Source of the DNA: Lama glama
Taxonomy: Eukaryota
DNA length: 64,000 nt
NCBI GenBank assembly: GCA_028534125.1
Contig: CM052818.1
Coordinates: 22,632,001-22,696,000, forward strand
Direction: 5' to 3'
In this document: positions 25,191 to 38,464 of the stretch, piece by piece
Numbering within the stretch: position 1 is the first letter of the stretch
How the letters are laid out: each line of letters starts with the position of its first letter
Program-made: the position numbers and the translations under genes
The notes under the pieces: generated by a model
Database searches by the model: none
Told to the model about the DNA's origin: nothing
The model's input: only the letters and a program-made list of their open reading frames with translations

Positions 25191-27006
25191 TCTGTCCTGT
25201 GAATCAGGTAAGATAAGGCAGTAAGGCTCATGTTATCAGCCTTCCTCCTGGTACCACGACAGGAGAGCAAAGACCAATGGGTCTTGAGGAAAAAAGTGTT
25301 TCAACAGCTTGGTCTCTTCAGAAAACGAGACTGTCTCAGCCTCACAAGGCTGAACATCTCAGTCAGCCTAACACCGGGGGTTTGTTGTGTGCCCTGTCCA
25401 TTCCTCCTGTTCACAACAGAGGAGCAATGCCCTGGCAACAGCATTCATTCAGAAGGAAATGGGACAAAGAGCCCTAGAGAGGGAACACTACAGAGTGGCA
25501 TTTTTTTAGAAATCCCAAAGAGACAGGTGCCTGTGACACAAAGAAAGAGCAACAGGAGCTGCAATGCAGGGCTCGGGCTGAGGCCCAGAATGACTGTCAT
25601 CATCGGGCGTGAGCAGAGAAAGGTACTAGAAAGCCGCTATTCCAACATCAGTCATGGAGGGGTCTTTTTACCACAAAGAACATACACATATCTCAAATAA
25701 ACCAGAATTTACTTTATGCATTCTGCAGTAGGACTATAAACCTAGAAAGCCCAGGGTGTTATAAGATGGAAAAGGAAGATTCCTGATTCCATTTAAGCCT
25801 GAATCCAAAGATCTCACACTGAGGGCAAGGAAAAGCTGGAAAGAAATCTAATCTCGTTTTGACACAATCCTTTCTTGGACTTCTGCTGTCTAGATATCAG
25901 GCATATCACTGTGGCAAAGATGACCGATGTTCTCATTAGCAAGGAAGTATTTCTGCAAGACTGTTGTGTAGCTAAATTCTTGAAAGCCGTATCTACAACA
26001 CATTGATATCTTTAAATGCAAACTAAACTCTTCACCCTCGATTCTTTATTCATTCTGACATTGCCGTGACCATCAGAAGTCATACTGAAGGAAAACAACC
26101 ATGGGAAATTATTACTAGAACGTCTATTCCACATCCTTACTCTAAGGCCTCATGATAAATAATACACTGTCACTGAGGGAATTTAGAGTTCCGTAAGACA
26201 TGAAAAGCCTGGAGAGAGCTTTATTCATAAATAAATGCCAACATTTTTTTTTATAAATGCCAAAATTTAAACAATCAAGACAGCTTTGAACTCCAGAACT
26301 CTTGAAATGAACAATATATATTTCCTGGATGATTTATTATGCTTGTGTTTACAGTCCAAATGGGAAGATAATTCAGTTCCACCTGGAGAGTCATTATATG
26401 GCCAAGCCTAAGAGAAGTACTTTGGATAAGAAGTGGTATTTCTCAGTTTTTCCATTTCAAACAAATTATTATTTCTGTATTTAGGACATCACCCAGGCAG
26501 TTCTTTTCATGACTTGTAGTACTCTCGAGCAATTAAGAAAATTTATAAGGTGGAAGAAGTAAGGGACAAATGCCAAATTCAGAATGGTCCACAGAACACT
26601 GAAGAGCCCCCAGACAGCACTGCTGTCTCAGACACAAGGTGAAATAATCCCTTCTGCTCAAGAAAACGTAAGTGAGCAGCGAGCGTGCATCACAGCAAGA
26701 GCATTATTACCCAGCAGAGACAGCCTGCTAAATACAGGCTTTCATTTCCCAACAAGCCTCCTAACAGGACATGTGAGCAAAAAAGTCCCTTCTGAGATGG
26801 AGAAATATCACTTGGCAAGGTGTCTTCACTGTGGCACATGGTAGGCAGCCTCCCCTCTTACCCTCTTTCCACATAGATAGTTCAACCCGGGGGTAGAACC
26901 TGTCTGTTACACGTTCCGGGACGTGGCAGATGACACTCTGGAGAGGGCAAAGGCAGAGAGGCCCTGGCCCATGGGATCAGCCCCCAGAACTCCTGGGCTT
27001 ACATAC

Positions 27007-27153
27007 CATCCAGGCCATTGTGATGACTGTAGTTTCTTTTCCCCAAAATGCTCAGAGACGTGTGATTCGGGGTGGTTAGCATCCGCTTGGTAGTTGGGGT
27101 TTGCAGGCTTGGTGTCGATCGAATTACATTAGGTTTCTTCGAAGGATGGATCT
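27007..27153 (-). CDS. MTA3: MTA3 coding exon (exon 16 equivalent, long isoform)
   Basis: ccatcag|AG acceptor and G|gtatgt donor; encodes (E)[48 protein letters not shown]; 147 bp. Confidence 0.96.
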
Positions 27154-28229
27154 CTGATGGGGGGGAGAAAAGGTTTCTCAACTCAGAACATGGTATTAAA
27201 AATCTGTGTGCACTTACATTGGCTAATAGGCACACATCTTATTTCTTAATGAGCTGAGAGCCAGTTCCTTATGAGCCAGCCTGTTTTCCCAAGGACTTAC
27301 ATAATGAATCAACTTCAAGTGCTGTTACTTTGGCTTTATTTATCAAAAGGGAGCTGGTTCTGGCCCTGCTAGCTGGAGCTCTGAGCTTCACGTTGTGAGT
27401 AGTGGCGGGGCAGGGGGAGCCACTTCAGAAGGTCACTTAAACACGAGATTTACTAAGGGAATAAGTCATCTGACTCTTCACGGAATTAGAAATCCAAAGG
27501 TTATCTGGAGAAGTAGCCTAGGAAAAAACTACCTCTGTGCGCTTTCAAACCAGGAACATAGTGTGCTGCACGTCTGGGGTGTCAGAGCTTTGTGAAACAC
27601 CAGGATTCCTCCTCTGGCTCTGCGGCCAAAATATACAACCAGGGTCAGTCACTCCCAGCCCAGAACAGTTTGCTCTGGATGAAATCTGACACCAAACTCC
27701 AAATACTAGAGTTAAGAGGTAGCAGGAGAAAAGCTTTGGTTGAGGATATATCACAAAACTGCAACGTGCTTGTGGTATGTCTGTGCTTGTGTCGAGTATG
27801 TTGCTGTCAGTCACACAGCCCAGAACTACTTGCACTTTTTGGATAGAGCAGCTGGACAGAAATGGCAACGCTCAGGAAACTGGATTTAAGGACCTCAGCC
27901 TATTACTAATACTAGGCAACCTCTCTCTAAAGCTAAACCTTTTCACTGATTCTGAGACACCATCCAGCACGCCAACCATGTACAAGCCACCCTGTCTTCT
28001 CAGGTGAGGGCCAGGATATCAGCCTTATTTACTGAAATTTACAAAGAGCCATTAGGAGTGTTAGAATTACTCCATCTCCGTCTGGTCAACATCCAAAATT
28101 TAGGAATGGATGAGGTACTAACCAAAATATAGTGCTGGATTCGCCCCCGCCCCTGACATGGTATTGAAGGTTTGCCAACCTCGTATTTCATTACAATCAC
28201 TAATCTCTACACTCCATCAGATCAGATAA

Positions 28230-28600
28230 CCCACCTTATCTTATCCTGTTTTCAGGTCCTTAGACTCAAGGAGTCTTTGTCTATATAGTTCTCTTGGCCT
28301 CATTAAGGGGTAAAATACTCTTTTTCTATTTTTCTATCTATTCAAATACTACATATCTTTCAAGGCTCAGATTACTTTCTTCACATAGGCTGCCCTAACG
28401 CTCATCAGAAATAACTACCCCCTTCTCCAAATGTCCAATGCTTACTACTTGTGATTCTTCTACAGGATCTAATCTTTTGCTCAACTGTCCTTACCTGTGT
28501 GCTTTCTCCACTAGACTAAGATTTTAAGGGCAAGGTCATATTCATCTTGGTGTTCCCCAAATCACTTAGTGTAGTTCTTATACATAATAAATACTCAGAC
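28230..28600 (+). mobile_element. L2 LINE 3' end
   Basis: tctccactagactaagattttaagggcaaggtcatattcatcttggtgttcccca...aaatactcag. Confidence 0.65.
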
Positions 28601-29594
28601 AGATGTATAGGGGTGTGGCTCAGCTAGTAAGGACAGCACAGCTGTGGGCTTATCTAGTAGTAGGGACAGAGACCACTTCGCCCACAGGAGGAACACATAA
28701 TTTCCTACGGAGATGCTGACTGATATGCAATGGTATGTTCTATTTCTTATGATCAGAAACTTTTCCTCGCAAGGTGGTAGGGGCCTCTAGGCTTAGACCC
28801 TGCAAGGGAAGACAGATAGCAAACTTCAAAGACTTGATCACCATGACCTAGGTCGTGCCTATGATTTAACCATGTGATATTTTCGGGAGGTACTGAAGCA
28901 GCTCTTTAGGCCCTGAGGAATAAAACAGGAAATAATGTGGCGAAGTAACATCAAAGAGAGCTGTGAGCCTCTGACTTCTAGGATGCTCTGGTGAGGACCA
29001 GATAATACACCAAGTTTAAGCCTACCCTTTGATTTTTAAAAGAGTGGATGTCTAAAGTCTAAACACTTCATAAGTATAAATCTTGCTGGCAGAGTAATAA
29101 GGTTCAATGCAACTCTGAGAACATTTCACTTTTACTGAGAAGATGAAAAAGCAAGACTATTAGAAGCACAAAAACATGTCATTATAGCTTATAGGTATAG
29201 TAGGAACCATTTTAGAAACCATTATTGTGTAAATTATTTATCTTAAAATTTTGCCCAAAAAAGCAGGGGGTATTGCCTAGTAATTTTTTTTTGCTGTTCT
29301 TAATTATGATATTTCAAAGTGTAAATGGAACAGTCATCTTTGGTGACTTCTAAGTTAAATAACATGATAAAAACCAGAAAGCAATACTAACGCTGCCCTT
29401 TCAAAGTAACCTTAATTGGCACATCAATACTATAAATATTTTTTAAAGGTGGGTTAAAAACCAGTTTCATCTCTTAAAAAAAAGAAAAAGTAAATAAAGT
29501 GATCCTTCTCTGTTTAAGGGAAGGTGTGAGGAGGGCTTGAAATAGTGGAATGACCTAATCAAAAGATTAAGAATATACATCCTTAATTTTTAAT

Positions 29595-29732
29595 AACTTG
29601 GAATGATGACAGATGATAATTAGAATTATCATGGTGATTACCTCATAATGTGTATGAATGTCGAATCACTACGTGGTACATCTGAAACTAATATAACATT
29701 GTAAGTCAATTATACTTCAACAGAAAAAAAAG
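29595..29732 (+). mobile_element. L1 3' terminal fragment
   Basis: aatgtcgaatcactacgtggtacatctgaaactaatataacattgtaagtcaattatacttcaa followed by an A tail. Confidence 0.75.
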
Positions 29733-30038
29733 GATATTCACCCTCTAATAATTTAGTAATTCTTATTTTCCTCTTTTTGCTTAATCTGCATTTATATCCA
29801 TAGATACTTTACATGTTTATTCAATGATTTTTCTTGGAAAAAGTAAACATCTGTAACACTGCATGTTGCGTGTGTGATTTGGTAATTAAAAGTTTCTGAA
29901 ATAAATTGACTATACATATTAAGGTATCCAGTTTCAGCCATTTGAAAGGCTTGTATTTAATTTAGGTATGCCAGTATTGAGTAGCCAATCACAAGATACA
30001 GAAATCGTTGAGTTTTTCCTCTATTAGAAAATACCCAC

Positions 30039-30125
30039 CTAAATACCCAATGATACATGCCAAAGGTTTCCTAGTGCTTTTGCTTTTCAGTGGACTTCCA
30101 GATAGTTCCGCATGTCTGTCTGCAT
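30039..30125 (-). CDS. MTA3: MTA3 coding exon (exon 15 equivalent, long isoform)
   Basis: ctctctcctcag|AT acceptor and G|gtgggt donor; encodes (Y)[28 protein letters not shown]; 87 bp. Confidence 0.95.
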
Positions 30126-32649
30126 CTGAGGAGAGAGAGAAACATGGAGACAACCAATGAGGCCGATTTCTCTGCCTACACTATACACAGCACAGAAATA
30201 AAATGTGCAAGTGGAAAACAGTGCAAAAGATCCACCAGATTCCTCCATAATTCCCTTTGGGGCTTGAGAAAGCCATTTCCAGTTCTGGTTCCAAATTACT
30301 GAATGGGATTTTACCTGGAGAATCCTCCCTTTAAAGTCCCATCTTACACACTCATTCTTTCTTTCTGTGTGTGTAGAACAGTGGAAATATGCTTCCTTTC
30401 TAGCCATGCTGTTTCTGAATGACAGTAGAAAAACTTTCACAAAGTATGAGGTGGAACCAGTCCTAATGTAAGGTTAGTCTGGCATGAAGACAAAGGCAGC
30501 ACAGTTGTCCATCCCTGACCTAGACGGAGGTCCTCTCCACTGAGGAGTCTGCATGTATCTTGATTAAACTCAGTTCCATTAGGTGAGAGCTTATCACAGG
30601 TAAAAATGGACCATTTGGTTTCATCAGTAGTTTTCCATCCTTCATATCCTATTACAATGTCATTAGTGCTGAGATTTAAAAGGTTACATGTATGCAGACT
30701 CTTTCATCCGATGGTCAGAATGATATTGTGATGGGTATTAGTTAATAAAATTTCACATCACATTCCACATACCCTACCATAATACATTTCAGACAGAGAA
30801 AAATAAAGCACACAACACAAACACTCTGTTTTAATTAGCTGTCATTAGGATGGAAGAGTAGATGTGGAACGTGGTGGCCTCGCATATCAAACAGGTAAGT
30901 TATACAGTTTGAAACTACAAAAAAGAGTGCACTGATGTATTTTTAAAATTTGCAGATACTGTCATAAAGCTTAACAGAGTAGCTTTAGCAGACGTGATTC
31001 TGCTTTGTTTATGCCTTTTCCCCACCTTCAAATTTTTGACAAAAATGTCCTACAGGTTTTCTGTGGCTGAGTCCACATTTTTAGGCCTACATATAGGAAA
31101 TTTCCTTTGACATTCATAGGAATTCTCTGTACTATTAGCATTAAAATGTACAATTCAATTTGGAATCTCAGATAATTAAAAATTAACTTTTTCATAAGCT
31201 CTAGTTCTCTTTCATCAAGCAAACTCTTTTCTAGTAACTGTTAAACAGAAAAAGGTGGGAAAGTAGCATTTTAAAATATTGAAATAGACAACATGCTGCA
31301 GGGAGCTTTAAATAATATGAATCTGAATATGTATTCCAAGCACTAGCTAATTATTATGCAACCACTGACAACTATAAATGGTCCAATTTCTTTTCCTCCT
31401 ATTCAGCTGATTTCCCTTGAGGGGAAAAAAAGATTACTATGGTATGAAGCTTTTCACCTATTGTTGAGTAAGAGGGACAATACAGGAGGGTATGTAATAA
31501 GCCAATTTTGGAGGAGTAATATAAACAAACAGCAGCCCAAACCCTGAATGCTGAATCCCTGTCAATTTACTGAGTTAATACTAAATAATTCCTTCCTAAC
31601 ATTACTAATTCACCTAAAATTCAAGTTCTACTTAGGAAGAGGATAAGAGAAAACATGTTAATAAAATAGAGCTTGAATGCATCATCTTGGCATTTCTTCA
31701 ATGCTTTGGGAAAAAACCTCTACTGTGTTACTAGCAGTAAGATTAACTTGCTTCCTTAATCCAGTTTATAAGGCCCAAAGGAAAACTGCCACTGTTGTTT
31801 CAAGTGATGGACTCCCACGTGACTGTCACCTTGACAATAATCAACAAACCCATCAAAGGCGTCACCAACACAATACCCAAAGACATTTCTCTTTAAATTA
31901 ATCTGCTTTTAATTTCTCACTAAATTAACAGATTAATTATGCAATGTTCCAAGGGACAATTTATACAGGATCTAAGTGGGAGATCAAAGCTCCTTAGAAG
32001 GATCCATGTTTTATCAATTCTCATTATATTTTAAAGGAAGTAGTTGGTGGCAAGAATTATCAGTCTCAACTATGAATAAATGAGGATGAAAGGTGGGTGT
32101 TAAGACTACCTGGTCAGTGTTTAACATTAAAAAATGCATCCATTCAGCGATTTTACTGGATATAAAGAGAAGAAATAGCTTCTGTCTGGAAGTAATGATC
32201 ATAAATATAGGATGATCAGGTCCATACTTGAGCAGGCTAAAAACAGAATCTCGGCTGCACTCAAGACCAGGCTACTGGTACCGCTTTGCCGTCAGTCCTT
32301 GCTTTCAGATTATTCATGTGACTTACTTAAACAGAGATCATTAGTATGCATTAAAAACACAGAAAAAGAAAGCAACCTGAGAAATGCCCCAGAAGCCAGA
32401 AGGAATCAAACTCCACCCAGAGAGGGAGAGCATCTTCATGTCACTCAAACCTTCTGACTGAGCATGAGGCACATTTCCCTGGCTTCCTAAAGGGTGATTT
32501 ACACCTCCTTGAGGTAAATCTGGAAAAAGTTACATTTTTGCAACTCATGACCCTCTTTCTAAAATGTTTTAGAAGTATTAGAAAACCTACAAAAAAAATC
32601 CCACAATGAATTAAAATTCACAAAAATACCTCACATGGGCCTTCAAAAT

Positions 32650-33460
32650 TGCTATCAAAGTAAAACTATCCACAGAATTTTCTCATAGGAATTAGGTATT
32701 TCTAAACAAGATACAAAACCCAAGTGCAATTAAAAAAGAGAGAGAGAGAGATAAATTCAACTACTTAAAAAAAATCTGCTTGGGAAATACGTCATAAACA
32801 AAATCAAAGACAATATGGGGGAGCATCTGCATCACAGATCAAGAGTTAACTTTCTTAAAATATAAAAAGTTCCCACAAGTCAGTAAGACTTCTAATAGAA
32901 AACAGGCCTGGGGCAGAAACAGTTGACAAAAAAGGAAATACAAATGGTTTTCAAATATATACAAACATGTCTACCCCATTCAAAATGCAAGCTAATATAA
33001 CTTACATGTCATCGGTCAACTAGTTAAGGGTTTCAGAGGTGGATAACACTGCTGACAAAGTTCTAGAGAAACAGGCACTTGTGGTAGGAGTGTAAACTGG
33101 TTTTCTGAGGGCAACTGGGTAGTGACTATCAAAATTCAAAATGCATGTTGCTTGACCCAGATGTCTTACTTTTAGGGATCTATCCTGTAAACTACATGCA
33201 CATTTCACACATCAGTCTAAAATGATATCTGTAGAAGAATATTTGTTGTAACATTACTTATAATAGAAAATGACTGCAAACAACCTAAAAACTTTTTTAA
33301 ATAGGGGAACTGGCTCAAGTATAAAATAGATTATTATGCAGCTGATATAAAGGGAGGAAGCTCTTACTGTACTGGTATGGAATGGCTTCCAGCATATGTT
33401 AAGGAAGGCAGGCAGGGTGCAGAACAATGTAGACATTAACAATGGTACAAGAACAAAAAT
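32650..33460 (+). mobile_element. Old L1 (L1ME-like) 3' region
   Basis: gtaaactggttttctgagggcaactgggtagtgactatcaaaattcaaaatgcat...tttagggatctatcct; aataggggaactgg. Confidence 0.7.
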
Positions 33461-34444
33461 GCACCTACTCTGTTAGACACAAAGTCTCTAGATACTTAGA
33501 CACTGATGACAATGGCTACCTCTGAAAAAGACAGGAATGAGAATGGCACTGACATTTGTAACTGCTTTTGTACCTTTAGGAAAATCTAAAGTATCCATTC
33601 AAAAACAAATTTTATCAAAATAATAAACTACCAAAATAAATAAGCCAAAAGTGTTTTCTCCTAATTGTAGAAATTAAATTTCCACAAAACTTTATAGGAT
33701 TAGTAGTAGTAACTTTTGCTGAGAAATCTCTGGAAAAACTCAAAATATTTAACAAATTTCTTCTGAATATGAGCCCTTGGGACACTTCTGAAGGTAAATT
33801 AGCATCTTCAAACTGAAAAAAGGGCTCCAGGTGTCTCTTGAAGTTCATACTGGGGAATGGTGCTGTCATTCAAGTCTGGTGTGTTATCAACTCAGAAACC
33901 ACTTAATTACCCATGCAAGCTACAGAGCTGGCAGGTAACTCATTTGGATCCACTTCTCTGGGCACTTATGCTTCATCTATGGAATGCTGCTAACATACCT
34001 ACTTCTACTTAACCTAAGTCTCTAGATCCTGAGTGTCGAATAGAAACCCTGTGCTCACCAGGCACTGGGTGATTTTACAGACCTTTGACAAGTCACTCAG
34101 TAACTCACTAGTCATGTCTGATGACAGTAACAACGGAGAAATAACATTATCATAACATCATGGCTCTTTTACTGAGGGGAGGGGTGTCAAGGGGGAAAAG
34201 AGGCAGGCTGTCTGAATCGATACAACTATGCTGTTGGTCTGCAAATCTTGTCAAGGACATGGGACCTTTCTTTATGCAGTGCTTTGGCTTTTGGTCTAGC
34301 AATCCATTTTTAATAGGCATTATCTATGTGGTAGAACTGGCTCAGGCACTATACTGACGTTAGCAATTTCCAGCATGGATTTATACATTCATGTATAAAG
34401 GTATTATTATTAAATAGGTATTTGGGGATTCGGTTTTGAAAATC

Positions 34445-34478
34445 ATATATATGTTTGTATATATATATATATATATAT
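34445..34478. repeat. (TA)n microsatellite
   Basis: atatatatgtttgtatatatatatatatatatat. Confidence 0.9.
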
Positions 34479-37113
34479 TTTGGTCATATTATATACTTAT
34501 TTCAGTTTTTAAATTATTTTTTAATAGGAAATTTATTCCCATGACTCAAAATTGAAAAAGTTTAAAAGAATGAACAGTGGAAAGTCTCCTTCCCACCTCT
34601 TGGCCTCAGACTCCCAGTTTCCCTTCCCACAGATATTACTTCTTACATTTTCTTCGCGATACTTTATGGATATGCAAACAAGATTCTCCTGTCACTATAC
34701 TATATTCCTTAATACTAGCTTCTTAATGAAAATAAAGGCCAGAGAGTGCTGCTGTAACAAGCAAAAAAAAAAAAATTCTTCTAAACAAGGATTAACTTGT
34801 AAGTCAAGAACTCAAGGCTGTGGTTATGCTCACCCTCTTGTAATTGAGAATGTATCTCCTCAGCTCCCCACTTCTTCACTCTTAGGCAGTCTGTCACCCC
34901 ACAAACTCTGGCTATGATGCTGGTTGTGATGGTGCTGCCAAGGCCAGAAGCCATGGAAGGGGTCAACTTCTACAGGACTTATAAGAAGAGTCTCAAGATC
35001 ACAGGGAAAACTATTTCCCTTTCCCAGTATTATGAAGAATTATTTTAAAAGCATTAATTGGAGATCCTGACCCATCAATATCTTTAGAATTACAAACTTT
35101 CACCTGACCTGAAAGTGCATTCATACTGCATCATACTGATTCTTAAATTTTTAGGGAGGGACAGGGTCACCACTACCTTTGAGAAACTAAGGAAAGTTTA
35201 CTCAAAAATACAGCTTCACCCTCCCACTGGACCATAAACATGGTTGTGTACAGATATGTTATTATTAACACCTAATCCTGTTAACAAGCCAAGATCAAGG
35301 AATCTGCTAAAGAAGTTGTAAGGTACATAAAAGATGGGAGAAGATAATGCAAAAAGCAATTAGATGTTAGGAAGAATTCATTAGTTGCTTGCCAGTGGAG
35401 AAGGTACTGAGTAGGTGGCTGCTGAAATTTTATAATTTTAAATTTCAAGGTCAAATTATTCTGAGAACCTGATTCTATATGTAACTTGACCAGTGAAGCT
35501 AAATACAAAATAAAATATGCTCCTTGAATCGCATCACAACAAATGACTCTGTTCTTTTATCATTATAGCTATACGTTTGCAGAAATACCGGTAATTTAAT
35601 CTTGACCCTTTTTCAGTACCGTGACCTTTCAATTGAGAAAAGTTTAAATGAGGTGACAGAAGAATATACTTCATTGAAGAACAACCGAAATAAGGATAAT
35701 TTAGAAATTAACTGAGAAATTAACAGAGACTTAATGGGAAACAGGAGCTTCCTCAGAAGCCAATTTAGTTGGTGATGGTTTCTTTTCACAAAAGATGATC
35801 CTGAATCCTGACCAATTTTAATGGAAGAATTTCATTCATCTTCTTTCTCATACGTTTTATTATTCTTTATACTTACAAAACTATATAAGAAAGTATGTGT
35901 TTTAAATCAACTGAGCAGTTTAGATGGATATAAATATTTTCCAGTTTCTTAAAGTGGAAAGAAAGTGATAATAACATAAACCCATGAATTCAGAAATGCT
36001 AGCAAAAAAAAACCTCAATATACATCTAAGTTCTCAAATACACATGAGTCTAATGTAGCTAAATTTCCCCTCCAAGGAATGAAGAGATTACTTCCAATTT
36101 CCACTCCCTTTACAAAGCAATTTTCTTCTTCTTGTAAAGCTTTTATCTGTAAGTTTTAAAGCCTTCCAACTGTTCTGCTGAAAATTATCTTTAGGAACAA
36201 AAAACGTTTTTGAATCATCATCACTCCTTCTACAGATACCCTCTTTAAATCAAAATGGAACATCTCATAATAAGAAATTTCTTATCTGACAGATAAAATA
36301 TCTACTGAATGTCTTTAAGACTTCCTGTTAGGCCAGACAGCAAGTTTTCTCATCCTTTAGGGAAAAAAGCTGCATGGCTCTAACATGCCAACCAGGAATG
36401 TAACTAAAAGTAGCAAGACTAGAATCAGAGCTCACACACAGATTAGGGACACATTTAGGGGTACATGGTAATAACAACAACCTACAATTCACTGGTACAT
36501 ATGACCTTTGTCCTAACAACAACAAAAAAAAAACCCAAAAAACATAAGCAAGACTGAATGTGCTGAAAACGAGAGTAATAAAGTCATGTAAACATTATGT
36601 GGTAATATACTTGGTATATGATTTATGAAATGGAAACCAAATTGGACAAATAGAAGGAATGCTCAACCACAAATCTGGACACCAGCCTGTAAAAAGTAAA
36701 TGTATATTTTCAGAAAATTTACCCAAAAGACTTTAAAATTCACTTATAATTTGCTAAATCTTCTAATTTCTTATGAAACACTGTGAATTTTGATAATGTC
36801 GTATAATTATAAAAGGTTTGAGGGAAACTGACAGGTTTACAAAGACATACAATTTCTCATTAGTGTAAACTGGCAAATTTTATTCTACCTTATAGGTAAA
36901 ATTGCCTCCTCAATAAGGGTTTTTAGGCAGTTTCATCACAAAATCCCACTGGATAGGATCACTTCCCACCAATCTTTTGCTGAGCACTACTTTCTCATAA
37001 AGATTGCATAAGTTTCAACGTTTTCTTTTCAGGTTGGCATGATACAAATGGCAGCAGACAAAACAATGTTAAAAAAAATAAATCAAATAAAAGGCTGTAC
37101 ACAAGAACTTATG

Positions 37114-37119
37114 TTTATT
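37114..37119 (-). terminator. Intronic polyadenylation signal for the short MTA3 isoform (...AECKMLLNS*)
   Basis: AATAAA on the minus strand about 85 nt after the TAA at 37203-37205. Confidence 0.7.
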
Positions 37120-37225
37120 GCAAACAAAAACAAAAACAAAAACAAAAAAACAGAGAGAGAGAAAGGGAAAGAGGGAAATGGTCAGAAGCACAACATATAA
37201 GGTTAAGAATTTAAAAGCATCTTAC

Positions 37226-37448
37226 ATTCTGCCCTAATGGCAGCATAATTAATAGGAACAAACGGCCGTCTTGCTGCCTGCCGCAGCCGGAGGGTATTTT
37301 TGCAGACCTGACGAGCAAATTTTGTGAAATATGTAGTGTGAAGGAAGAAAGCTTGGCGGGTCTTCACTGCAGACTTGGGGCTCCCAGTGTTTCGGACCGG
37401 CATCCCCTGCATGGCCTGGCGAGACATGTGACTTCTAACGCGAGGGTC
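37226..37448 (-). CDS. MTA3: MTA3 coding exon (exon 14 equivalent; R1/RBBP-binding region); reads through to a stop at 37203 in the short isoform
   Basis: ttgcag|GAC acceptor and T|gtaag donor; encodes [35 protein letters not shown]...[19 protein letters not shown]; 223 bp. Confidence 0.97.
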
Positions 37449-38312
37449 CTGCAAAATCAGACACCAACAAACATGTAAAGAACAGAAATTGTCAAATACA
37501 GTACTACTTGCATCCTCCTTAAAGTGCAATGTTTAAGTCTTTCACTGAAGAATATATAACTCAACATAAAGAGGATAGGATTTAAAAGTGTGTACTTTTG
37601 GGAAGGAGGTAGAAAGTAAAGAAGGAAACTGGGTAGAAGTAGCAGTGTTAATGCGATTCTGTATTTTTTCCTTCTAAAGTGACCTTAACAATCCAAAATC
37701 ACATTCACAATAGTCAAAAAAAATTGCCAGAGGGTTAATCAGACTACTTAAAAAAATACTAAAGGGGGTCCTTAAATCTTGTTAGCATTCAAAACGAACA
37801 GTCTCCATTTGGTGGACATAGATGCCTGATACCTGCCATCTATGAGAATTTTACCAAAATCTTGCTTTACTGTTGTTCACATCAATATTGAGCCCATGTC
37901 TTCTTGTCCCTCCTATGACAGCCCAGGGACAGAAAAAAATGCTCAGTTTGTATTTATTTTTTTATGCAATAAAATATACTTTTAACAGTACCTAAAGGTT
38001 GTAAACTGTTTTCAAAAAAGCAATTAAAACAAACATTTAATTTGTAAGCTCTCCACTTATGCTGTAACACCTCCCACATACATTATTCTTCTTTTGTCTG
38101 AGTAATCTCTCAAGACCAGTATTTAAAATACCTGAAAAAATTGGACTTGTCCCTGTCCCTCTCTCCAGACCCACCCTAAACATTTTGGTGCTGTTTAGCT
38201 ATAATCTCTTTGATTGTTTTTAAGTTATCCTATATTGTACTTCTGGGTTTTCAAAGAGCGATCTAACCACTGAAACATACGACATTGCTCAACGTTAAAA
38301 AGGCTCACGTAC

Positions 38313-38464
38313 CTCTGCAGCTGGGCTGGGAGATAACTTCTCCTCTTCTGACTGGGTGGGCATTTTCAAGCCTCCATATTTTTTCCAATAGAGCCAACAG
38401 GTTGCACATAATCTACACTGCATATTAGGTGGGCCCCAAGAATACCACTGATGCGACTGTGTAG
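38313..38464 (-). CDS. MTA3: MTA3 coding exon (exon 13 equivalent; GATA zinc finger)
   Basis: ctttag|CT acceptor and GAG|gtacgt donor; encodes (A)[50 protein letters not shown]; 152 bp. Confidence 0.97.

Noticed and set aside
28608..28680. A-box-like GGGTGTGGCTCAGCTAG suggesting a tRNA or ancient SINE
   Set aside because: No B box or recognisable body follows; too weak to call.
30436..30705. About 89-codon stop-free minus-strand frame containing WKTTDE, sharing 14 nt (30624-30637) with MTA3 exon 10 (48757-48770)
   Set aside because: No ATG, no phase-compatible acceptor and no similarity beyond the 14-mer; several such matches are expected by chance in 64 kb.
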